The notes beneath the pieces are model-generated. The model was not told the DNA's origin, did not search any database, and saw only the letters and a list, made by a program, of their open reading frames with translations. Made by a program: the position numbers and the translations under genes. This document shows, piece after piece, positions 9,366 through 19,667 of a DNA stretch of 64,000 nucleotides. This DNA comes from Myxococcota bacterium (GTDB taxonomy: Bacteria; Myxococcota; XYA12-FULL-58-9; JALHOP01), in NCBI GenBank assembly GCA_022842935.1, contig JALHOP010000010.1, positions 106,144-170,143 on the forward strand, in the 5' to 3' direction. Position 1 is the first letter of the stretch, and each line of letters opens with the position of its first letter.

Positions 9366-9638
9366 TTAGCGCTTCTTGCTTTTCTTCTTCGCGCCGCCAC
9401 TCTTGGCGCCGCCACCACTCCCATCGGAGCGGAGCAACTGCCAGGGCTCCATCTTGAGCACCTCGGCGATTTTGTCGATCCAGTCGACGGACGCGCCCTT
9501 CTTGCTGCCGAGCACGTCATACAACTGGGAACGCGACACCCCGGCGAAGTCGGCGAGCTTGTTTACGCCCAAGCCCTGCTTCTCCGTGGCGCGACGAACA
9601 TTATGGGCCAACGTGTTGCGAATTCCACGAGATTTCAC
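9366..9638 (-). CDS. XRE-family helix-turn-helix transcriptional regulator (90 aa) with a lysine-rich C-terminal tail.
   Basis: IRNTLAHNVRRATEKQGLGVNKLADFAGVSRSQLYDVL is a classic HTH_XRE. GTG start. Confidence 0.8.
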   Translation of the reverse strand: MKSRGIRNTLAHNVRRATEKQGLGVNKLADFAGVSRSQLYDVLGSKKGASVDWIDKIAEVLKMEPWQLLRSDGSGGGAKSGGAKKKSKKR

Positions 9639-10079
9639 GCCGCGAAAGCTATGCGATCCCCAGCCCGCCGTGAACCGCTATCGCGGATCCAGTGCTTTTT
9701 TTTGCGATTTTTGTGTCGTTTTTCGTGCCCGCGTACGCGGACACGCCCCCCCGGGCCGACTGCAATCGCAGACTACAAACGCGAACAGCCCGCCTGGTTG
9801 GGTAACCCGAATGAGCGGCAAACTCGCGTCGTTCTTGAATTAACCGTCTACGTCCGCTAACGCAAGCAGGAAAAGTTCGCATTCGTGGGCAAACCACTCT
9901 GAGGAGCGGCTCAACCGCACCGCCGAGGCGGACAACGCATGCACAACCAGCAGACACTCTGTCAGGCGAGGCCTAGAACACATCGCATAGCCTGAGATGT
10001 GTTCTGTCTGCCGCAGGCAGCGAACAGCTGCGCGAAACAACAAGGCCCGTCAGGGGCTTGAGAGCGTGTCTGATACGCT

Positions 10080-12269
10080 CTAGTCGCGACCGGTGCGTTG
10101 ACGCACCAGCAGCGATAGTTTCTGGAGCTCTGCAGTCCCGCGCAGTGCGGCGAAGTCGGGGTCGGTCTCGAAGCTGGTGTTGGGAAAGCCCAGCTCGACC
10201 GAGCGGGAGAGATAAACGAGCGCAAGCTTACTGTCGCCCGCTATCGCGTAGTAGCAGGCGAGATTGTACGTGCCCCAGGTACTGTCCGTCGCCTTGGTGG
10301 CGCGCTCTGCTGCGGCGCGCGCCTCGTCTTTCTTCCCGGCGTGCTCGAGAGCGACGGCTTCGAGCGCGCAAGCGAACTGCGCGCTGCTACTCTTGCACCC
10401 AGTCGCGAAAGCCTGTCCCGCTTCCGCGTAACGTGACAGGCGCATGAACGAGAGACCGAGTGTCACATAGTTGCGCCACGAAAGCGGATTGAGTGCCACG
10501 GCTTGCTGAGCACGTTCGAGCGCATCATGCGGCCGGTCGAGCTCGCCAAGGCTCTCGGACAGCGACGCAACCGTCCAAGCGTTGGCCGGGTCGATGGACA
10601 GCGCCTCTTCGAGGACCGCGAGGCTTCGTGCCTTATCGCCGGTAACCCCTAGCGCAAGTGCGCGATAGCGCATCACCCACGCGCGTGCTGCGGGGGACAG
10701 GTCATCACGCTCGACGATGGAGGCGAAGAGGTCGAGCGCCGTCTTCATGTCACCGCGGCCATAAGCAAGGTAGGCACGGTAGAACGCCGAATACGGGTTT
10801 TTGGCGTCGATGGTCTCGAGCGCAGACATTGCCTCGCGTAGCTGCGCGGCATGTTCCGTCGAGGGGTCAGCGTCCCAGGCAAGCAGCAGCGCCTGCGTCC
10901 GTAGCGCGTGTGCCGCCATCTCTTGCGGAAAGGCGTTGACCAACCGAGCCGTCGATTCGAGAGCGCGGGCAGCGTCGCCCGTGCGAATGGCGCCCAGAGC
11001 GATGCTCGTGTCGGGCGAACGCGCCATGGCCGGGCCACCGGTCACATTACCGATATAGTCGTAGAGCCGCGGCAAGTCGGCGCCCATCTGCGTGGCGACC
11101 CCGCGTGACAGCTCGAGCGCAAGGCTCGAGAGGTCGTTGCTCGGACTGCTCGCTTGCGTACCCCAGACGATGCGGTTCTCTACGGCGTCGATGAGGTTGA
11201 GGTTGGCCTGCAGTTGCTCGCCGTTGCGGGTCACGGCGCCCGTGAGCATACGCCCCGCGCCGTGCTCGCGCGCGACCTGCGAGCGGTCCATGGCACCGGT
11301 GCCGAGCTCCGTCGCGTCGGGCACCGGCAGGACCTTCAGGCCCGCCAGGGCGAGATTGACCGCTATGGCTTCGGCGAAGGCGCGGCCGAGATACGCCGAG
11401 CCCTCGTTCTGACCACGCACCTCCATGGGCACGATAAGCACGGTGTGACCATCGATTTGGGGTGCCTTCTGGCGCTCGACGATTGTGACCGCGATTGCGG
11501 TCACGACACCAACGACCACGAGGGCCGCGAGCCAGCCCAGGCTACGACCGCGCCGCTGGACCTTGCTCGTCGGGCGCGGCACAGGCTTGGGGGCCGGCTG
11601 TACGTCGGGGGTCTCGGGGCCACGCTCGCGCTCGAGGTCGGCAGCTAGCGTGGCCGCCGACGCGTAACGCTGCTCGCGCTGCGGAGCCATCGCCTTCACG
11701 AGGATGCGCTCGACGCCAGCGGGCACCTGACCCGTGAGTGGCTTTGGCTTCGCGGAGATGATCTGCCGGGTAAGGTCTGAGCGGGAGCTACCCGGGAAAG
11801 CCCGTTGCCCGCTGAGCATTTCATAGAGAATGGCGCCAAGCGCGAAGATGTCGTCAGCGGCTTCGGCACGCCCGCCCTGCACCTGATCAGGGCTCTTGTA
11901 GGCGAGTGCGCCCAAGATGACGTCGGCCTTGCGGACGTGTGGTCGGCTTTGCGCCAGCTCCTCGAGCGCCGCGAACGTACGATTGCCATCCGCTGATAGC
12001 TCTTGGGTGATTCGCCTGCCCCGCGGCATGTCGTGAACATGGACGCGACCGTCAGCGCCGAGCTGGATGCTCGCCGGGCTCAGATCTCCATGCACCACGC
12101 CCCGCTCGTGGGCCTCACGCAGCTCGCGCGCGATTGCCAGCGCCACACGAAGGGCTTCAGGCGACCGCATGGCCCCGCGGCTTAGGCGGGCGTCCAGGGT
12201 TTCGTCGGCATGCGCGAGCATTTCCCCAACATACCGATGCGCGAATGGCCCCAGCAAGCAGGTAGACAC
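10080..12269 (-). CDS. Membrane-anchored Ser/Thr-kinase-like pseudokinase (C-lobe only, catalytic motifs degenerate) fused through one TM helix to a large TPR-repeat extracytoplasmic domain.
   Basis: HGDLSPASIQL replaces HRDLKPxN and HDM replaces DFG, but subdomain IX (DIFALGAILYEMLSG) is retained. TM helix LGWLAALVVVGVVTAIAVTIV. More than 8 TPR-like repeats C-terminally. Only 38 nt separate this gene from the next, so there is no room for an N-lobe. Confidence 0.7.
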   Translation of the reverse strand: MSTCLLGPFAHRYVGEMLAHADETLDARLSRGAMRSPEALRVALAIARELREAHERGVVHGDLSPASIQLGADGRVHVHDMPRGRRITQELSADGNRTFAALEELAQSRPHVRKADVILGALAYKSPDQVQGGRAEAADDIFALGAILYEMLSGQRAFPGSSRSDLTRQIISAKPKPLTGQVPAGVERILVKAMAPQREQRYASAATLAADLERERGPETPDVQPAPKPVPRPTSKVQRRGRSLGWLAALVVVGVVTAIAVTIVERQKAPQIDGHTVLIVPMEVRGQNEGSAYLGRAFAEAIAVNLALAGLKVLPVPDATELGTGAMDRSQVAREHGAGRMLTGAVTRNGEQLQANLNLIDAVENRIVWGTQASSPSNDLSSLALELSRGVATQMGADLPRLYDYIGNVTGGPAMARSPDTSIALGAIRTGDAARALESTARLVNAFPQEMAAHALRTQALLLAWDADPSTEHAAQLREAMSALETIDAKNPYSAFYRAYLAYGRGDMKTALDLFASIVERDDLSPAARAWVMRYRALALGVTGDKARSLAVLEEALSIDPANAWTVASLSESLGELDRPHDALERAQQAVALNPLSWRNYVTLGLSFMRLSRYAEAGQAFATGCKSSSAQFACALEAVALEHAGKKDEARAAAERATKATDSTWGTYNLACYYAIAGDSKLALVYLSRSVELGFPNTSFETDPDFAALRGTAELQKLSLLVRQRTGRD

Positions 12270-12307
12270 GCGGCGGCGTCACCGCCGCGATCTATCCTGT
12301 TATCGGC

Positions 12308-14393
12308 CTAGTAGAACCAAATCGGGTCAATATTGCCCGGGAGGGGCAGCGAGGCGGTAAGAACCAGGTCTCCCAGGTGGGTCGCCGTGATGCCCCGGTC
12401 GCTCACCGCCACGACATAGTCGCCCATGAAGATGCTGCGGCGAATGCCAGGGTTCGACCACCAGCGCGTCGGGTCATTGAAGAAGCCCGTGTGGTCGATG
12501 GCGCCAGCGCGAGCCAGGCCGTCCGCCGAAACGGAGATGAGCTCGAGGCTACTGTAGTAGCGATACCCGGAGGAGTAGTAGCCATAGCTCGAGAGCGGCA
12601 CCGCGAGAGTCTGCTTGGGCTCCCAGTAGGTGAAGGCTTTGTGCTCGTATTGCGCCTCGCTGTACGACCAGGAGTCTTTGTTCGGCAGACCCAGCTGCAG
12701 TGACGCTGCAAGCGCTGGCTCGGTTGGCACCGATACGTCAAATAGCGAGACCTGGGTCGTGCCCCAGTCGAGCCCGGTGTTGCTGCCAGCGATACCAATC
12801 GACAACAAGCGGCCCCCCGAGAGCGGGTGCACGTAGGTCGATACGCCCGGCACCTCGAGCTCGGACACCATCACGAGCTTTGCCGGATCGGAGAGATCGA
12901 CCGTCCAGAGCGGGTCGATGTTGAGGAAGGTGACGAGATACGCGGTATCGCCAACGAAGCGCGTGGCCCAGAGCGTCTCGCCAGGCGAGATGCCGCGGAG
13001 CTCACCGAGCACCGAGAGATGAAAGTCGCCCGAGAGCGTGAACACATTGCTGCTCACCGGTGGGGGGGTTTCGACCCACCAGCGACCCCAGCGATTCGAG
13101 GTCGTCGAGACCCGCACGACGCCGTCCTTCTCGGACAGGTTGAACTGGTTGCTGACGGCGCCGGGGACGCGGCCGCTACCCTGATAGGTCGAGACCCCAG
13201 GCGTCGCGATGTCGAAGCGGTGCAGGTTCGTCGCGTCGTCGAAGGTGTCGTCTTGCCCGTAGAACCACCACCAGTTCCACGACGGCTCGGCGATCACCAA
13301 AGTGTCCGCCGAAGCGTACACGACGCTCGTGTTCGAGACGACGTGGTCCGCCTCGTAGCCCTCCTTGGTGGTATCGAAGCTGACGATTGACGTTACACCG
13401 CGACCCAAGCTGTCCTCGGCGATGCCGAAGCCCGCACACTCGGCATCGGCGAAGTTGCGCGGGGCAATCGCGGCGCCGCGGCGCTCATAGACATTGGGGA
13501 TGAAGTCCGAGAGCGGCTTCTTGTCGATGATGGCATCGTTCTTGGCGATGGCGTCTTGCACTGCGCGCTCGCGGATCGCGCGCGCCTCGGCGCTCTTCCA
13601 GTCGAGCTGCCAATAGCGCTCGGGAAACTCAGGGTAGAACAACACGTCCCAGAGGTTGATTTGACCGTACGATACGAGGCGGATCGACGTCTCGATCTTG
13701 CGCGACGTCTGGTAGTAGCCCTCGACATAGAGCTCGCGTTTGTTCGTCGGGCGAGCGCGGTCGCTGATGTCGACGAAGGTGAGCTTCACCAGCTCGTTGG
13801 TGCGCCAGGTGCGGCCATCCGCGAAGACGGCATCGGCGAAGAGCGGGTGGTCGTAGCCAAAGTAATTCGGATAGATTTGCGAGAAGACCACCAAGGTGTC
13901 TCCCGCGATGAGCATCTCCTGCGGGTAGCCCTCGATATCGAGCGTCGCGACTTGGTCGAGCTGACCGAACTCGGGGACGGCGACGATGACCAGCGTGCGG
14001 CCATTGAGCACGTAGATGAAGTCACCATCGGTCTTGACGAAGTCGCCCTCGTCGACGCCGGTCTCCTGATTGTTGGTGCCAGAGTAGTCGACGCCTTCCT
14101 CACGACCTGCGCTGTCCGCTGCGGCGCTGGGCGCCCCATCGAACGAGGCGCTGTCTTCGGCGATGCCCCTGCCCCAGCCCCAGCCGTTCGACTCGTCGAG
14201 GTACTGCAGCAACATGGTGCGCGACTCTTCGCGGAGGTTGTCTTTGAGCTTACGCGCCAGCTCCTCGCAGCTATCGAAGCGCTTGAGGGCTGCGCTACTC
14301 GCAACCCGGGGCCCAATGTCGGGGCCATCGTTGTCCGAGCAGGCGGCGACCAGGGTCGCAGCAAGGATGAAGGTCGCAAGGCGCTTGAGCATG
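12308..14393 (-). CDS. Secreted lipoprotein, probably of the beta-propeller-domain family (PF09826-like); function unknown.
   Basis: Lipobox signal MLKRLATFILAATLVAAC. About 690 aa, repetitive beta-rich segments. The ORF opens further upstream, but the RBS and signal peptide favour 14393. Confidence 0.45.
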
Positions 14394-14564
14394 GGCCGAT
14401 CTCCTGAGACCGTTGGGTACTGCAGGAGACACGCCAAGTTCATGGGCATGATTTTGCTTACATTTTCTGTTCGCCGCGCAGTAAGACATGTCAACCGGCG
14501 TTGACATCGTCCACGTTCGGCGTCAGGCCAAGAAGGTTCCTGGTCGATTCCGCACGCCGGCTGG

Positions 14565-16241
<1,677 letters not shown>

Positions 16242-16358
16242 CGCGCCTTCCCGTACACGCGCCCCCCCCAGCTAATCAAGAACTTGCGTTGACCTACCTG
16301 TCCGGTGTCAAAAAGGCACCGCTCGGCATTCCGCTGAGGTCCATGGAGAGTCCACGAG

Positions 16359-16706
16359 ATGCAGTTCGCCCGTGCTTTGTTGATGGTTCTTGGTTTGAGC
16401 ACCTTCGCCGCTTGTGGTGGCGACAGCTTCGCTGACGAGTGCGCGAGCGGCTGCGAAGAAGCGGACTGCGATGGCAACGAGCCAAGCGCGGCAGAAGTCA
16501 CCTCGTGCCAGAACGCCTGTGACGACGCTGTTGCGTTGAACGAGAAGGCGGGCTGCAACGACCAGGCCGACGAGCTCGCGAGCTGCGGCGGCGACGCTTG
16601 CAGCGACGAAGCCAACGCCGAGTGTCAGTCGGCAAGCTCGGCTTACGTTTCCTGCATCGTAGCGTTCTGCACCCAAAATCCTAACGATACAGACTGCGCG
16701 CTCTAG
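16359..16706 (+). CDS. Small acidic cysteine-rich secreted lipoprotein, paralog 1 of 3 (12 Cys).
   Basis: Signal with lipobox (LSTFAAC). Mature part is about 95 aa with a conserved 12-Cys framework (CxxxC pairs) and ends in NPNxxxC. Confidence 0.7.
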   Translation: MQFARALLMVLGLSTFAACGGDSFADECASGCEEADCDGNEPSAAEVTSCQNACDDAVALNEKAGCNDQADELASCGGDACSDEANAECQSASSAYVSCIVAFCTQNPNDTDCAL

Positions 16707-16771
16707 ATTTATTTCGTTCGCTAGGTCGGCGGGGCACCTGGCCCCGCCGACCTCGTCACGATGGCACCGTT

Positions 16772-17119
16772 ATGATGACCTCTCTCTTCAGATGTCTTGC
16801 GCTGCTCGCTTGCATTGCCGTCGCCGCCTGCAGCAGCGACAACGCTGGCGACAAGTGTAAGGACAACTGCCGCATCGCTTGCGAAGGCGAACAAGCGCCC
16901 ACCGGTCCTGCGCTCATCAACTGCGACACCGAGTGCGACGCCATCCAGGCTCGCGTCGAGAAGCGCGGTTGTGACGACGACCTCGCGGCGCTCTACGACT
17001 GTGCGGAAGAAAACCAGTGCAAGGCGACCTTCGCCGCTGACTGCCGCGTCCAGACCGACGACCTCGCGGCCTGCGAGCTCGCGTATTGCCGCGCCAACAC
17101 GTCCGACCCCGACTGCTGA
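16772..17119 (+). CDS. Small acidic cysteine-rich secreted lipoprotein, paralog 2 of 3.
   Basis: Lipobox LLACIAVAAC. Same Cys spacing as paralog 1. Confidence 0.7.
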   Translation: MMTSLFRCLALLACIAVAACSSDNAGDKCKDNCRIACEGEQAPTGPALINCDTECDAIQARVEKRGCDDDLAALYDCAEENQCKATFAADCRVQTDDLAACELAYCRANTSDPDC

Positions 17120-17141
17120 AACCGTTCCAAGGAGAAACCCC

Positions 17142-17489
17142 ATGAAACTCGCCCACGTCCTCTGTTTGTCCCTCGGCTTGTTTGCTATCGCGGCCTGCGG
17201 CGGCAGCAGTGTCCAGGAAACCTGCGAAGAAGGCTGCGATCGCACCTGCGCTGGCGATGAGCCGCTCACCGCCGACGAGGTTGCCGAGTGCAAGGCCGAC
17301 TGCAAGCGCTTGGCCGACCGCGTCGACACGACGGACTGCGGCGATCAAGCCGAGGCGCTGAGCAGCTGCGGCGAAGACTACGTTTGCGACCCAGCAGTCA
17401 CCTCGGAGTGCGCTGACGAGTCGGCCGCGCTTCAGCGGTGCTTTGCGGACTTCTGCTTCGACAATCCCAACAACTCAGCTTGTAGCTAG
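17142..17489 (+). CDS. Small acidic cysteine-rich secreted lipoprotein, paralog 3 of 3.
   Basis: GGAGAAACCCC-ATG ribosome-binding site. Lipobox LFAIAAC. Same 12-Cys framework. Its stop TAG overlaps the OsmC GTG by 1 nt. Confidence 0.7.
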   Translation: MKLAHVLCLSLGLFAIAACGGSSVQETCEEGCDRTCAGDEPLTADEVAECKADCKRLADRVDTTDCGDQAEALSSCGEDYVCDPAVTSECADESAALQRCFADFCFDNPNNSACS

Positions 17490-17899
17490 TGGGTGTCCGC
17501 GTCGAGATCGACTACGAGGGCAAGCTGCACTGTCGGTGTGTGCACGCGCCCTCGGGCTCGGTGCTGCCGACGGACGCGCCGCGTGACAACCAGGGTTTGG
17601 GCGAGTCGTTTTCGCCCACCGACCTCGTCGGCACCGCGCTCGGCAGCTGCATGCTCACCACGATGGCCATCGCCGCCAGGAAGAGCGGTGTCGATCTCGG
17701 CCCCATGAGCGCGTCCGTTGACAAAGAGATGGTCGCCGACCCCAAGCGCCGCGTCGCAAAGCTCACGGTCGCCATCACCATGCCCGCCTCGGTCGACCCG
17801 GCGATGCGCGCACAGCTCGAGGACGTCGCTCACACGTGCCCCGTAGCCCTGACGCTCTCCGAGCGCACCGAGGTCGCGCTGTCGTTCACTTACGCCTGA
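17489..17899 (+). CDS. OsmC/Ohr-family peroxiredoxin.
   Basis: The two conserved Cys (GSCMLTTM and HTCPVA) and the ~136-aa length match OsmC/Ohr. Confidence 0.85.
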   Translation: MGVRVEIDYEGKLHCRCVHAPSGSVLPTDAPRDNQGLGESFSPTDLVGTALGSCMLTTMAIAARKSGVDLGPMSASVDKEMVADPKRRVAKLTVAITMPASVDPAMRAQLEDVAHTCPVALTLSERTEVALSFTYA

Positions 17900-17921
17900 G
17901 CGGACGGCGCGCACTCACGAG

Positions 17922-18341
17922 CTATTCGTCATCCCCATAGAGACCCGGTGGCGAGCGCATCACCCGGCGAATGATCTCCCCCAGGCGCATCGCGGCCGGG
18001 ACATCGCTAACGCGCAGGCGCCCCGTCAGGACCGCGAGCTCGGGGGTCAGCGAGCGATCCATCAAGCGTTTGAGCGTCTCTTCCGAGAGCGCAAAGGTGC
18101 AGTCGGCATTCGGCGCCGGACCTTCGGTGATACGGCCGCCGCGCACCGTGGTGTCGATGGTGACGGTGCCGTGCCCGTAGACGGTGACTTCGTAAACCGC
18201 GTTGGCCTTGGCCACGGCGTCAGGATTGGCGCGCATGGTGCGCGCCAGCTCATCGAGCAGCTGCGGAATGGTCGATCCGCTGATGTACGCTGGGCCGGTG
18301 GCAAAACACTGGTCGGCGCGAACGGCGTAGCAGGTCGACAT
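17922..18341 (-). CDS. SCP2 sterol-binding domain protein.
   Basis: C-terminal LTPELAVLTGRLRVSDVPAAMRLGEII is SCP2-like. Good RBS (GGAGGACTCAACC-ATG). Confidence 0.55.
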   Translation of the reverse strand: MSTCYAVRADQCFATGPAYISGSTIPQLLDELARTMRANPDAVAKANAVYEVTVYGHGTVTIDTTVRGGRITEGPAPNADCTFALSEETLKRLMDRSLTPELAVLTGRLRVSDVPAAMRLGEIIRRVMRSPPGLYGDDE

Positions 18342-18425
18342 GGTTGAGTCCTCCTTCGGAGGCCGTGTATCGGTGCGCCGGTCTTGCGGTTGCGTCGCGC
18401 GGCGGTGCCGAGCGGACACCGGGGC

Positions 18426-19667
18426 TCAGCGCCAGCGCGACCAGACGTCGGCGAGCGACATTTCGAGACGCTCGGCGCTGGTGTCGGGCACGTTTGGCTT
18501 CGCGCCGCGCAAGACGTCGGTTGCCTCGCCCAACCCATCCAGGGTGAGCTCGAACATGGGGAAGATGTCGCGGATCATGCGCACACTATCGGCGTTCCAG
18601 ATGCGCTTGGGCTCGGGGTTGAGCCACACCGAGCTCGGCGCCTTTTCGCGCAAGCGTTTTAGCCAGGTGAGGCCAGTCGTTCGCTGGTTGTCTGCGAGGT
18701 CGATGACCCCACCGATGTCCGTAAGCTCGTAGGGGCTCATCCAGGCATCGCCGACCATGACCAGCGACCAGGTCTGGTCGACCTCTTTGAGCACGTCGGT
18801 TGTTTGTGTTCCGCTGAAGCGGAACATATCGGTGTAGAGGCGTCGGTAGACGCAGTTGTGGAAGAAGTAGTGTTTGAAGGCCTTGAAGTGCTTTGCCGCA
18901 TGCGCCGCCGAGAAGAGGCGCTCGCAGAGCTCTGCGTGTGGATCCATCGAGCCGCCGACGTCGACGAGCAGCAGGAGCTTGACGCGATTCGCACGTGGGG
19001 GTGCGAAAACGAGGTCGATGTCACCGCCATCGCGAGCGCTCTTGTCGATGGTGGCGTCGATATCGAGCTCGAGCTGGTTGTCCGTTTTGGCGAGCTTACG
19101 TAGACGTTTGAGCGCCGCGCCCATTTCGCGTGTGCCGAGAACACGATCGCTACGGAGGTTTGCGAAGCGCCGTGATTCCGCGATCTGCACGGCCGAGCGC
19201 CCGCCCCCGGCCCCGCCGACACGCACCCCCGTGGGGTTCTGCCCACCGTGACCAAAGGGCGACGTCCCGCCCGTACCGATCCAGCGGTTACCGCCGTCGT
19301 GGCGCTCTTTTTGCTCGCGGCGACGTTTCTCGAGCTCGTCTTTGAGACGGTCGAGGTCCCACGCCGCAAGCATGGCGCGCTCCTCGTCGCTGAGGTCGCG
19401 CGGTAGCACCGGATTTTCGAGCCATTTCATGAGCTCGTCGTCGACCGCGAAGGTCATCGGAACGTTCTTGAAGACGCTCGCGAAGACCTGGTCGTAAGTA
19501 TCGTATTGCGCCTCGCGTTTGACCAATAGGGCCCGCGCGAGCTCGTAGAAGGTCTCGAGGCTCGAGCGCGCATGCCCCGCCGCGAGCGCCTGCATGAGCG
19601 CAAGCCACTCGGTGGTCCCCACCTTGATCCCGGCCGCGCGGAGGCCGAAAAAAAGGCTCGCGAACAT
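18426..19667 (-). CDS. VWA-domain protein (CoxE-like, partner of the MoxR ATPase).
   Basis: C-terminal vWA fold; about 414 aa. Its start overlaps the MoxR stop (TGATG). Confidence 0.8.
   Translation of the reverse strand: MFASLFFGLRAAGIKVGTTEWLALMQALAAGHARSSLETFYELARALLVKREAQYDTYDQVFASVFKNVPMTFAVDDELMKWLENPVLPRDLSDEERAMLAAWDLDRLKDELEKRRREQKERHDGGNRWIGTGGTSPFGHGGQNPTGVRVGGAGGGRSAVQIAESRRFANLRSDRVLGTREMGAALKRLRKLAKTDNQLELDIDATIDKSARDGGDIDLVFAPPRANRVKLLLLVDVGGSMDPHAELCERLFSAAHAAKHFKAFKHYFFHNCVYRRLYTDMFRFSGTQTTDVLKEVDQTWSLVMVGDAWMSPYELTDIGGVIDLADNQRTTGLTWLKRLREKAPSSVWLNPEPKRIWNADSVRMIRDIFPMFELTLDGLGEATDVLRGAKPNVPDTSAERLEMSLADVWSRWR

Noticed and set aside
10080-12269. Annotating the product as an active Ser/Thr protein kinase.
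   Set aside because: There is no N-lobe (no Gly-rich loop, VAIK lysine or alpha-C Glu), and the catalytic Lys/Asn and the DFG Asp are replaced. I call it a pseudokinase.
12308-14494. Longer lipoprotein ORF starting at 14494 (MTCLTARRTENV...).
   Set aside because: The signal peptide and lipobox begin at the internal Met (14393), which has an upstream AT-rich promoter-like tract. The extra 34 codons carry no signal-like sequence.
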